The position numbers were made by a program, and so were the translations under genes. A DNA stretch of 63,954 bases, counting the filler, from Candidatus Babelota bacterium (GTDB lineage Bacteria; JAGOBX01): assembly GCA_017999075.1 (NCBI GenBank). It is 8 parts of 8 records of this genome, joined end to end, with 100 filler letters (N's around TTAATTAATTAA, not from the genome) between each part and the next. Parts side by side here need not be neighbours in the genome. Positions count along the whole stretch, not along the records: positions 49,745 to 57,790 come from JAGOBX010000146.1; positions 57,891 to 63,954 come from JAGOBX010000236.1; 6 more parts are not named here. One strand, written 5' to 3'. The notes beneath the pieces were generated by a model that saw only the letters and a list, made by a program, of their open reading frames with translations, did no database searches and was not told where the DNA came from. Below are positions 52,225 to 62,700 of this stretch, one piece after another. The first letter of the stretch is position 1. Each line of letters starts with the position of its first letter.

Positions 52225-53994
52225 TTAATAATTAAATATTTTAAAACAGTTTCTGCCTGATCTTTTAGCTTCATATAAACTGCTGTCTGCAAATTCAATA
52301 AGTTCGGTTGAAGACATTCCTTTTTTATAGAAACAAGCGCCTATACTTATTGTAACATGATGATCCTGTTTATCGCCTTTAAAAACATAAGCATCAATAT
52401 TTTTTCTTATTCTTTCGAGTATTTGGGGAAGAGTACCTTCCTGAAGATTAAATAAAATAATGCTGAATTCTTCTCCGCCGTATCTTGCAAGCATGTCAGG
52501 CTCGCGTTTTGCTTTTTTTAAATCGAATCCGCGTATTGAATTTTTTAATACCTTGGCTACTTCTTTTAAAATAATATCGCCTTCCTGGTGTCCAAACGAA
52601 TCATTGAATTTTTTAAAAAAATCTATATCTATCATACATAACACAATTGATTTGAAATTATCGGAAAAATAAATATACTCTTCAAGTTTTTGGAGAAAAT
52701 GTCTTTTTAGAAATATTCCTGTCAAACCGTCGGTTATAGCCATATCATACAATCTCGCGTTTTCGAGAGCTGTCATAGAATGGCTTGCAAGTAATTCTAT
52801 TATAGAATGGTTATCCTGAGTTAGTTCTACGTTTTTTCCTATTATCAATATGATAGCTCTTAATGATTCGTTTAAAACCAAAGGTATTCCCATATATCCG
52901 ACATTTTTGTCAGGAATAGAATTGTTGTAAAACAATTGCGTTTCAGGCATAGTTTCGAGTTCTTTAGTAAACTCAATTTTCCAGGATGAACAAACCCTGC
53001 CAAGCAATCCTTCAGTAAAATTCAGAGTTATACTCGAATCTGAAACTCCGACAGCGGCTGTAATAGTAAATTTATTAATCGTAAAATCAGGTATTACAAG
53101 AGCGCATTTTTCCGATTCGAAATAATCAGTGAATGTATGTACTATTATATTTGATAATTCATCACGGTTAATCCTGGAACTGATTTTCATACTCAATAAT
53201 TGAAGCATATTAAGGTTTTTTATTTTTTCATCAAGTTTTTCTGTCATATTATTGAATTGAACCGATAATTCGCCTATCTCATCGTTTGAAATTATTTCTG
53301 CACGTTTTGTTAAATCTCCAGCAGCAATTTCATTAGCCGTACGCCTTAATGCCTGAACCGGTTTCAACAGATATTTGGCGAAAAAATATGTTATTATCAA
53401 ACTTCCAGCCAGAGAAACAAATCCCAGCAATAAAGCATCCCAGATCATAGATTTAATTCCGTCAATAACGGAATTTGTTTTTATACCCATAGATAAAATT
53501 CCAATATAATTGTTCGCGTTGTCTTTTAATTTATAATAATGATTTATTATATTATCGTCTTCGTCATATAACAAAAAATATATTTTTTCTTCAAGAAGGT
53601 TTTCTATAGACTGCATCTGCTGCATAATATTATTTCTTAATTTAGTTTCATCATTGTAAAGATATATTTTTTTTGTTGATTCATCGTAAAAATATAAATG
53701 AGATATGATTTCGTCTTTTGGAAGAACTCTTGCAAATAAAGAAATAGTGTCTCTTGGTTTAACATTTTTTGCGTTTCCTGTTCCTGTCATTATACGTGTT
53801 TGAAAATTTTGTATTACAAAATCAAATATGGATGATGAACGTTTTAATAATTCTTTATATTTTTCGGTTTTATAATCGCTTATGCTGAATAGAAGAAGAG
53901 TTGATATAACAAGCAGATTTATAGCTGCAGTCAAAGAAAATATTTTGTAATAAAGTTTGAAATTGAATTTTTTGGAAGTTTTATCTTTTATCAT
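52225..53994 (-). CDS. Membrane diguanylate cyclase (sensor, HAMP, GAF, GGEEF)
   Basis: 'AITDGLTG', 'DIDFFKKFND.FGH..GD', I-site 'REPD', 'RYGGEEF'. Confidence 0.94.
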   Translation of the reverse strand: MIKDKTSKKFNFKLYYKIFSLTAAINLLVISTLLLFSISDYKTEKYKELLKRSSSIFDFVIQNFQTRIMTGTGNAKNVKPRDTISLFARVLPKDEIISHLYFYDESTKKIYLYNDETKLRNNIMQQMQSIENLLEEKIYFLLYDEDDNIINHYYKLKDNANNYIGILSMGIKTNSVIDGIKSMIWDALLLGFVSLAGSLIITYFFAKYLLKPVQALRRTANEIAAGDLTKRAEIISNDEIGELSVQFNNMTEKLDEKIKNLNMLQLLSMKISSRINRDELSNIIVHTFTDYFESEKCALVIPDFTINKFTITAAVGVSDSSITLNFTEGLLGRVCSSWKIEFTKELETMPETQLFYNNSIPDKNVGYMGIPLVLNESLRAIILIIGKNVELTQDNHSIIELLASHSMTALENARLYDMAITDGLTGIFLKRHFLQKLEEYIYFSDNFKSIVLCMIDIDFFKKFNDSFGHQEGDIILKEVAKVLKNSIRGFDLKKAKREPDMLARYGGEEFSIILFNLQEGTLPQILERIRKNIDAYVFKGDKQDHHVTISIGACFYKKGMSSTELIEFADSSLYEAKRSGRNCFKIFNY

Positions 53995-54016
53995 AACATA
54001 AGTAATTATTTTAAAT

Positions 54017-54063
54017 AAAAATCAGCATCATTATGTTAAATTAACATTTTAATGCTGATTTTT
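54017..54063 (-). terminator. Long hairpin, probable terminator of the OB-fold/TctA/hydrolase operon
   Basis: AAAAATCAGCAT...ATGCTGATTTTT outer stem plus inner ATGTTAA/TTAACAT stem, 7 nt after the hydrolase stop. Confidence 0.7.
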
Positions 54064-54070
54064 TATAACA

Positions 54071-55204
54071 TTAATCAAGAGTAGCGTCGCCGAATCCGTC
54101 AGGTTCTTCTTCAAAATCTTTTAAAACCTGTTTTTCTTTTTCCTGAATTTTTTTCTTTATAACTGCAACGACCCAGAAATAGACAGTTAACGGAACAATC
54201 AGAAAACAGATATAATATAACCACCACGGCATAGTAATCAGTTTAGTTGTAAATCTGTCAATATTATGAATTATCATCACTATTGCAGCGTAATCAAGCG
54301 AAAAATTGGTTCTTGGATCGCTTGCTTTAAACAGTTCAAGACCTTCTGATCTTGCTTTATGAAGAGGCCAGAACAGAGAACCTCCGATGTGTCCGGTCAT
54401 GTCTTCAGTTATATGAACAATAAATCCGAGATTAGCGACAAGTCCGTATAACCACCAATTATGAAGGTTTAACAAGTAAGCTATTATAAACACAGGTATT
54501 GACAACATAAATCCGAGGACATAGGAATGACTCCATGTTCTGTGCCATGGAAGCCAGTTAAAATATATTTTTCCATCAGATTCTTTTCTGAATTCAAATT
54601 GAGTTCCCATAAAAATTTCAACAGACGACGGTTTTACAGGTCCAGGTGGATGATCCGGTCCTTTCAACAAATGCCGCAGCCATTGAACCGATTTATTGAG
54701 CCAGCATATCTGATTAGTTCTGCTTTTCAATTCATATTTAAATTTTGCTCTTCCTACTCTGTTGGTTTTAGGCGCAGTTCCAGGAATAGGACATTGAGAA
54801 GTTTTTACTATATTATCTATTTGAATAATAACTCCGTCATTTTCAAAAATCATATTATATTTTCGCCATAAACTTGCGCCCAACTGAATTGTGTACAACT
54901 GTATTTTTGTCGGGTTTCCGGAATCACCCGCTTCATTTACTGCTTTAGCAAAAGCGTCTGCAATTTTTTGAGGATCAGGGTTACGAGGATCAGGATCTTC
55001 TTCGTTTTCAGCTATTGAAAAAAACTGCCCGAGTTTAAAATCCATAGTATCAGGCATAACTCCGAATGCTCCGGCAAGCAATATTATAAATGAACCTGAC
55101 ACAGCTTCAGGATTGTCGAGTTTCATAGTAGTTGACATTCTTACGACTTCAGGAATGAACGTGGTTGCAGCTATTGCAGACATAAAATGAGTTAATCCTT
55201 TCAC
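54071..55204 (-). CDS. YdjM/DUF457-like membrane metal-dependent hydrolase with a large insertion
   Basis: 'MKGLTH', 'PDTMD', 'HRTWSHS', 'HITED', 'LFWP' metal-ligand pattern; GTG start 1 nt after the upstream stop. Confidence 0.75.
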   Translation of the reverse strand: MKGLTHFMSAIAATTFIPEVVRMSTTMKLDNPEAVSGSFIILLAGAFGVMPDTMDFKLGQFFSIAENEEDPDPRNPDPQKIADAFAKAVNEAGDSGNPTKIQLYTIQLGASLWRKYNMIFENDGVIIQIDNIVKTSQCPIPGTAPKTNRVGRAKFKYELKSRTNQICWLNKSVQWLRHLLKGPDHPPGPVKPSSVEIFMGTQFEFRKESDGKIYFNWLPWHRTWSHSYVLGFMLSIPVFIIAYLLNLHNWWLYGLVANLGFIVHITEDMTGHIGGSLFWPLHKARSEGLELFKASDPRTNFSLDYAAIVMIIHNIDRFTTKLITMPWWLYYICFLIVPLTVYFWVVAVIKKKIQEKEKQVLKDFEEEPDGFGDATLD

Positions 55205-55205
55205 T

Positions 55206-56621
55206 TTACATCAACCCCAGGAAACGAGCTATAGCATCGCCATAACCAGCCATATTTAACGCTATAGGAACAAGAAGAACAGCCATACAATGCGACCGCC
55301 TGCAGCTATAAAATACCGGAATTAAACCGACGCATGTGGTAGCAGCAGCTACGCCTATAGCCATCCATCCGCCGCCCATTACAAATAATAAAACAAGTAA
55401 TACAACAGTTACTATTCCATATACAAGTCTGACATTTATTTTAGGCATAATTTTAATCGTCCAGTCAGTAAAATATATCAATAACAACAAAGACAATGCT
55501 GAAGTGAAAAATATAGTGGCCAGCATTACTGCAAAATCTCCTCGTTCAGGAGAAAATATAGGTTTTAACAGAATATTCATTCCTCCGCGTCCCATACCAT
55601 TTGGAGTTAAATCAGTAATTGCAAACAAAAATAAAAATGCTCCGACATAATAAATAATTTTATTAATTCCTCCTGCTACAAGAAACACTCGTTCCTGCTG
55701 GTAATAAATTTCAGGGATATGGATGTGAACTGCAGTATTAGGATTTTTGGGTTTTTCAAAAGAAGCTTGTCTTAAATTTCTGTGGTTTGTTATATGTCCG
55801 GCAAATATAGCTGAAATACCAACTGTTACTGCAGGAATAAATGCTGTTATCAATCCTCCGATAATTCCGGGAAGCGCGCCGTATCCGAAATCAGACCATT
55901 TACAATTAAGATATTTTGAATTGTATTGTTTAACCGGATATTTCGCTTCAGACATCATAGCCTGAATTATTGAAGGAAACGCAAAAAAACCAAGAAAAAT
56001 CGGCATTATATTTTGGAAACTTTTTTCAGGAGGAGCTAATGGTTTGCTTGTGATTATCAAACCTATTATGGAAGACAGTACAAAAGTCAGTAATCCTGCA
56101 AAACAATTGTGCCATGCGTTTTTAAATTTAGCCCATGGTGTTTTGCCTCTTCCCGCACCTTTCGGCCATTCGCTCATAACATAAAAAACAAGAATTAGTC
56201 CTATTATCCAGTGAAGATGAGCTCTCATAGGCAGATAAATATAAGGTGCTATATAAAACACAAATGGAGTAAGTAAGACTAATATTACAGCACCGACAAA
56301 AGTTGCAAGACCTGATATAACAGACGCATCTCTGCCTTTACCGCTTTTCAGCATGTCAGTAGTAGGCAGTATTGAAGCTCCGGCAGATTCGTCAGCAGCA
56401 GAAAAAAAAGTCATTGGTATTGTATTAATAAAAGCAAACGATACCATAAGAGCCATGAAAAACGGACCGATTGTATAATATGGAATTTTAGTGCTGAGTT
56501 CAATCCATAATATTATAGCTATGCCTGCAACATTATAAATGTGCAGAGAAGGTATCATACACAATATACCGCCTGCTAATGTTCCAAGCAAACTGAAAGC
56601 TATTACAATTATTCCTTCCAT
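55206..56621 (-). CDS. TctA/DUF112 family membrane protein (archaeal-like, stand-alone)
   Basis: About 12 TMs with an internal repeat ('GTLAGGILCMIPSLH' / 'GIIGGLITAFIPAV'), 'SILP...M...GKG..A' and 'PIFLGFFAFP'. Confidence 0.75.
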   Translation of the reverse strand: MEGIIVIAFSLLGTLAGGILCMIPSLHIYNVAGIAIILWIELSTKIPYYTIGPFFMALMVSFAFINTIPMTFFSAADESAGASILPTTDMLKSGKGRDASVISGLATFVGAVILVLLTPFVFYIAPYIYLPMRAHLHWIIGLILVFYVMSEWPKGAGRGKTPWAKFKNAWHNCFAGLLTFVLSSIIGLIITSKPLAPPEKSFQNIMPIFLGFFAFPSIIQAMMSEAKYPVKQYNSKYLNCKWSDFGYGALPGIIGGLITAFIPAVTVGISAIFAGHITNHRNLRQASFEKPKNPNTAVHIHIPEIYYQQERVFLVAGGINKIIYYVGAFLFLFAITDLTPNGMGRGGMNILLKPIFSPERGDFAVMLATIFFTSALSLLLLIYFTDWTIKIMPKINVRLVYGIVTVVLLVLLFVMGGGWMAIGVAAATTCVGLIPVFYSCRRSHCMAVLLVPIALNMAGYGDAIARFLGLM

Positions 56622-56625
56622 AATT

Positions 56626-57790
56626 TTACTCGATTTTAATAGATTTTGGATTTTTAATTTTCAACTGCAATTTTTCTTTGTATTCGTCAACAGTAAAAAT
56701 TCCTGATAACGAAGCACCTTTTTCAATATCTGCCATACCGGGTATTTTTTCAAGCATATTTTCCCATATCATTATTTTTATTTTACCTGTGCCATCATCA
56801 AGGGTAAGAGACAGACCTTTATCATTAGAACTTACAAATTTAACTTCAGCTTTTTCGATTTTTACTGATTTTCCTGCATCTGCAAGAGTTAATTCACCGA
56901 TTTTTTTTAATTGGGCGTCTTCCTGTTTTTCAGTTTGCTTATATTTTGAAGAAGAGTTTTCTTCTTTTTTGCTAACAGCAACAGTACCCACTTTTTTTAT
57001 TGAAGTTACGTCTGCAATATTTGCCTGTATTTTCCCTCTGTATTCAGAAATTTTAAGAACCACTTCAATCTCATTTCCTTCTGTTGATATATTCTTTTTG
57101 TTTTCTTCAGATATGGCATTATAATCGCCGTCAAATATAGTTACATTTATACTCCCTGTTTTATCAGTCAATTCAAGAAGATACAAATCTTTTCCTTTTT
57201 TAGTTTTCTTTTTTGAAAACAGAGTTATTCCTGCCTTAACTTTATAAATATTATTAACATTATTTTGGTTTAAATCTCCGATATTTATTGATTTTACATT
57301 GGCAGTTGTTGCTCCTGAACCTGCAGAATCAAGTTCAGATTCGGTTATTTCGACCACTCCCAATTTTTTTATTTTTAAATAATCCAGGATAGCAGCCTGA
57401 AATTCGCCGCGGAATTCTCCTATTCGAATTGCAGTTTCAAATTCTGTTCCCGGCGTAGAAAAAATTTGTTTTATTTCATCCGGCAATTTTTGAAATCCTG
57501 CTTCAAATAAAGTCATTCCGATTTTTCCTGTTTCATCTCCTAAATTTATATTATACATTTTAGTCCCTTTTTTAGTAACTCGTTCAGAGACTGAAATCAC
57601 GTGAACTTTCACTTTAACTATTTCATCGATATTTTCTTTCTTTAATTCTCCGAGTTTAATTTCCTTCATTTGAAATTTTTCTAAAACCTGCAGCCTTTCA
57701 GGTATTTGTAAAAACATTGAAACCCCGAATTTATCAGTAATATTTAAAACTCCTGTAATCTGAACAGAATCTCCGACTGCTGGCATATTT
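56626..57790 (-). CDS. Multi-OB-fold (RPA/tRNA_anti-type) nucleic-acid-binding protein, 5' truncated
   Basis: Three complete repeats and one partial, with 'I..L...', 'L.D.TG.I...(F/W)' and 'E(Y/F)(R/K)...Q' motifs. Confidence 0.8.
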
Positions 57791-57890
57791 NNNNNNNNNN
57801 NNNNNNNNNNNNNNNNNNNNNNNNNNNNNNNNNNTTAATTAATTAANNNNNNNNNNNNNNNNNNNNNNNNNNNNNNNNNNNNNNNNNNNN
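57791..57890. other. Artificial contig linker
   Basis: N44-TTAATTAATTAA-N44. Confidence 0.99.
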
Positions 57891-57891
57891 G

Positions 57892-59253
57892 GCAATATCA
57901 GCGGGACAAATATTATCTTTAATTTTTGCAGTATATTCCATATATCTTTTCAGTTTGATAATGCGTATTTTAATAAAAGACATTTTTTTTATTATCTGCT
58001 CAGTATTTTATTTCACTTTCAGTTACTGGTTCTGGTATTACAGCATGGATGCAGAACTTCATATTCCAAATATTTTTTTCATGCTTTTATCGATTAATTT
58101 GTACATTAAACTTTACAGGGAGCCATCTGTAAAATACGTTATTTATTCAGCAGTAATAAACTCGTTTCTAATCATATTTCATCAAACAAATCTAATAATT
58201 TTTTCAATAACATTATTATTTAATTTAGAATATTTTTCAGATAAAAAAAAAGTTTTAGTTATATGGGTAATAAGTTTTTTAATGATAACCATTATTCCGT
58301 ACATAATAATTCCTCATTATTTCTTAGGAATATCTTCTACATCAGATCTAATAGAATGGCTGACACGTTACCAATCAAAAGGATATTGGTCCAACATAAC
58401 TCAAAATTATTTAATTGATTCTATGAAAGGATTCTCATTTGCTCTAACAGGCGGCGGAAAAATAAAATTAATTACAAATTCGGTTTTGGCATTACTGGTA
58501 TTGGTGTATTATTTTAAAAAGATTTTTTTAAAAAAAATTGACAGAATCGAATTATACATTTTTTGTATTTTTATTTTTTATTCCGGAATTGTAATTTACT
58601 GGCATCCAGCAAACCCTGAAAATTGGTGGGCAGTGATGCCATTCTCAATTTTATTGTTTAAAGCTGCGGAATCACTAAAAAATACACCGGTATTATTTAG
58701 AGGATTTGATTTTACGCAAAAAAATATTAGTTCGCTGCGAATACTCTTATTGTCATTTTTTTCAATATTCTCAATATTTCTATTCAAACTATTCCTTAAT
58801 AAAATAATTAAACTGTTTTTCATAATATGGCTTTTATACAGTTTTAACGCTGTATTTAACGGTTATATTGTAAAATACCATAAAAAAGAATCAAATCAAT
58901 GTTTTAATATTATTCACAATTTGAATAAAATTTATAATCAAGGCGATTTAATTATATCTCTCGGAGAAGGCGATCTTGCAAATTTAAATGTTTACCTGAA
59001 ATATTTCACAAAATATAATTTCACTACAATAGCCATTGAACTTGATTTATATTCAGGTTCTTTAGAAAAAACCATTGAATCAATAGCTTGCAAAATAAAT
59101 CAAACTCACGGAAAAATTATTTTGATAAACGATTTATACGATGTAAACGGAATATCTCAGCTTTCAAAAATGCATAAATTAAACAATTTGAAAAACAGTT
59201 TACACGAATTCATTTATAAAATAAATAAAAATAAAGTAATTATTAATCTATGA
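57892..59253 (+). CDS. GT-C fold (PMT/ArnT/DUF2723-like) polytopic membrane glycosyltransferase, 5' truncated
   Basis: Frame is open from the contig edge; 'FSYWFWYYSMDAELH', 'IIFHQ' and many TMs. Confidence 0.6.
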   Translation, partial: AISAGQILSLIFAVYSIYLFSLIMRILIKDIFFIICSVFYFTFSYWFWYYSMDAELHIPNIFFMLLSINLYIKLYREPSVKYVIYSAVINSFLIIFHQTNLIIFSITLLFNLEYFSDKKKVLVIWVISFLMITIIPYIIIPHYFLGISSTSDLIEWLTRYQSKGYWSNITQNYLIDSMKGFSFALTGGGKIKLITNSVLALLVLVYYFKKIFLKKIDRIELYIFCIFIFYSGIVIYWHPANPENWWAVMPFSILLFKAAESLKNTPVLFRGFDFTQKNISSLRILLLSFFSIFSIFLFKLFLNKIIKLFFIIWLLYSFNAVFNGYIVKYHKKESNQCFNIIHNLNKIYNQGDLIISLGEGDLANLNVYLKYFTKYNFTTIAIELDLYSGSLEKTIESIACKINQTHGKIILINDLYDVNGISQLSKMHKLNNLKNSLHEFIYKINKNKVIINL

Positions 59254-59271
59254 ACTGTCAATCATTATAAA

Positions 59272-59667
59272 ATGAAAAAATTACATGCTTTCACAATAAT
59301 CGAACTGTTATTATCAGTTTTTATAATTGCCACTTTGACTTTCAGCATACTGTCAGCAATTAATTATACATTATCTCAAAATGCAATAATAACCGCAAAA
59401 AATTCAGCTTATATCATAGCAGACAATGCATTAAAAAGTAAATCAAGTTTAAACGAATATTCTGTAAAATTCAATAATGTTGATTACACAGTAAAGATTT
59501 CCGAAAAAAAAATGAAACCAAAAGATTTGTTCAATTTTTCAGATGACTATCTAAATCTAATTTCTGATAATATAGAAATAACAGTAAAATCATCAGCAGT
59601 CAAATGGAATATAGGAACCCGCCAGTTTACTGTAAATATTGAAAAATATAAAGATGCAGAATTTTAA
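59272..59667 (+). CDS. Type IV prepilin/pseudopilin-like protein
   Basis: Class III signal 'MKKLHA|FTIIELLLSVFII' with Glu at +5 and Ala at -1. Confidence 0.75.
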   Translation: MKKLHAFTIIELLLSVFIIATLTFSILSAINYTLSQNAIITAKNSAYIIADNALKSKSSLNEYSVKFNNVDYTVKISEKKMKPKDLFNFSDDYLNLISDNIEITVKSSAVKWNIGTRQFTVNIEKYKDAEF

Positions 59668-59723
59668 GGAGGATCCCGATTTAAAAATTAACGTTTAACC
59701 TAAAAGTTTCGAGGAGGATTTTT

Positions 59724-62700
59724 ATGAAATATTCGATCATCAAATCTCCGCGGATAAATGCTGTAAAAATTGCCGGGGTTTATATTTTTATTTCTGCATT
59801 ATGGATTTATTTTTCTGATAATATTTTAAGATTGTTATACAATACCGCTTCTGTAGTAGTTGATATTTCTATTTATAAAGGATTAACTTTTATTATAATA
59901 ACAGGAGCATTATTATATTTCCTTGTTATCAAATTTTTATCAAAAATTAAACAGAACGAACAAAATTTTTCTGTAGCTTTTCATTCAAGCCCTTCATTAA
60001 TAATTATATCGTCTATTAATAACAATCAGTTTGTTGAAGTTAACAAATCTTTTGAAAATCAAATCGGGTATACCCGTGAAGAAATTATAGGATGCAACGT
60101 TGACGGCCTGAATTTATTGGAAAATCCTGAAGAATGGAACGAACTGAAAAATCTGTTATTATCAGAAAAAAAATACCGAGATAAAGAAACTAAAATTAAA
60201 ACTAAAAGTGGAGAACATCTTTTCGTATTGGCATCGGCAGAATTAATTGATTTTGCCGGTAAGAAATGCATTATGATTGTAGCTGAAGACATAACGGAAA
60301 GGAAAAACGCAGAAGACAAACTAAAAGCCACAGTCGAATTGCTGCGCATTTGTAACAAAAGTGAAAATCTAACAGAACTAATAAAATCCCTTACAGTATA
60401 TTTTCAGCAATATACTTCTTGTACCTCTATAGGTGTGCGCCTCCGCAAAGGAAACGACTTTCCGTATTACGAAACAATAGGATTTTCTGAAGAATTTATT
60501 CTTGCTGAAAACAATTTATGCGCTAAAGATCAAAAAAATGAATTAATCCGCGACTATATCGGACATCCCGCGCTTGACTGTATGTGTGGAAATATACTTT
60601 GCAAACGATTCGATCCTTCAAAACCATTTTTTTCTCAACGTGGAAGTTTCTGGTCAGGCTGCACTTCAGAATTACTCGCAAATACTACTGAAGCCGACAG
60701 ACAATCAAAAACACGTAACAGATGTAATGGCGAAGGTTATGAATCTGTCGCATTAATTCCTTTGCGGGTTAAAGACGAAACATTCGGGTTGTTTCAATTT
60801 AATGATAAGCGAAAAGGACTTTTTACTGAAAAAAAAATTTCTTTCTACGAAGATCTTATAGATTATGTTGCAATAGCGGTTGCTAATTTAAAAAAAGACG
60901 ATGAAATACAGGAATCAAATAGATTCAATCAGCAAATCATTAACAGCGCTAATGAAGGCATTATTGTCTATGACAATAATCTGAATTATACTGTATGGAA
61001 TCCTTACATGGAACGTTTGACAGGATTGACTTCTGATAAAGTCATTGGGAAACATCCTTTAACTCTTTTTCCATTCATAAAAGAGACTCCCCTTTTAAAA
61101 AATCTTTATTTGGCGCTGGACGGAAAGACATTAGAAACTCTGACTTTTCAATTTTATTTAATACATAACCAAAAAAAAGGGTGGGTTACCGATACAAGCG
61201 CTCCGCTTTTAAATAATGATGGAAAAATTATAGGAATAATTTCTGTTGTCCGCGATATTACTTCTGAAAAATTTGCTAAAGATGCTTTATACAACAGCGA
61301 AAAAAAATACCATTCTCTTTTTGAAAATATGCTTGAAGGGTTTGCATTATGCAAAATGATTTATGATTATAACAATAACCCCGTAGACTTTATATATCTT
61401 GACACCAATAATTCCTTTTCAAAATTAACAGGATTAAAAGATGTAATAGGAAAAAAAGTTACTGACATAATTCCCCAAATAAAACATTTAACTCCTGAAT
61501 TATTCGATATTTATGGAAGAGTGTCAACAACAGGCAACCCTGAAAAATTTGAAATCGACTTCAAACCTCTTTCAATTTGGCTTTCAATTTCAGTTTATAG
61601 TCCTGAAAAAGGATATTTTATTGCAGTATTTGATAACATAACCGAACGCAAACAAATTCAACAAGAACTAATAAGTGCAAATCAAAGATTAAAATTAGCT
61701 ACTTCATCATTAAATCTCGGAATATGGGATTGGGACATAAAAAATAATGTCTTACTATGGGATGACAGAATGTACGAAATATACGGAATATCTAAAATTA
61801 CTTCTAAACCAAATTTTGAAATATGGAAAAACAGTATAATTACAGATGACCGCGAAACTGCCTTGGATATAACAAAAAAAGCTATTGAAAGCCAATATGA
61901 ATATGATACTGAATTCAGAATTCAACTGCCTGACGGTAATATAAAAAATATAAAAGCAAATGCGATTATAATAAGAGATGATGATGGAACAGCTTCACGT
62001 ATGATAGGATTAAATCAAGATATCACTGATTTAAAACATCTTGAAGAACAACTTCGCCAGTCTCAAAAAATGGAAGCTATCGGACAGCTTGCTGGAGGAA
62101 TAGCCCATGATTTCAACAACATTCTTTCTATAATTTACGGTAATTGCGTTTTAATGCAAATGGAACTTGAAAACAACAAATTTAAAGATATAATTGATTC
62201 TATATTAACTGCATCAAAAAGAGCAGCAAACCTAACAGGCAGTTTACTTGCATTCAGCCGTAAACAAATAATAAAACCAAAAATTGTTAACCTAAATGAA
62301 ATAATATTAAATTTTACAAAAATGATTACAAGAATTATAGGGGAGGATATAAAACTTAAAACTATTTTCAATGTAGATCCGTTAAATGTCTTTGCAGATA
62401 CAGGGCAGATTGAACAGGTTCTGATAAATATGTCGACAAATGCGCGCGATGCTATGCAAAATGCCGGAATTCTTATTATAGAAACAGAACTTAAAGAAAT
62501 AGATAAAAATTTCAATCATTCGCTTGATGATTATCAGCCAGGCAAATATGCTGTCATATCTATATCCGATACAGGCAAAGGAATTGACAAAGAGTTACAA
62601 AAAAAAATTTTTGATCCATTTTTTACAACAAAAGAAGTGGGAAAAGGAACAGGGCTCGGACTTTCAATAGTTTACGGTGTGATTAAACAGCACAAAGGTT

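Noticed and set aside
8269-57890. TTAATTAATTAA recurring about every 8.2 kb as a possible biological repeat
   Set aside because: It is always embedded in N44...N44, so it is an assembly spacer with stops in all six frames. The periodicity reflects length-sorted contigs.
55206-59667. Linking the prepilin gene (59272) to the TctA/OB operon as one competence locus
   Set aside because: They lie on different contigs separated by the 57791 linker, so the adjacency is artificial.
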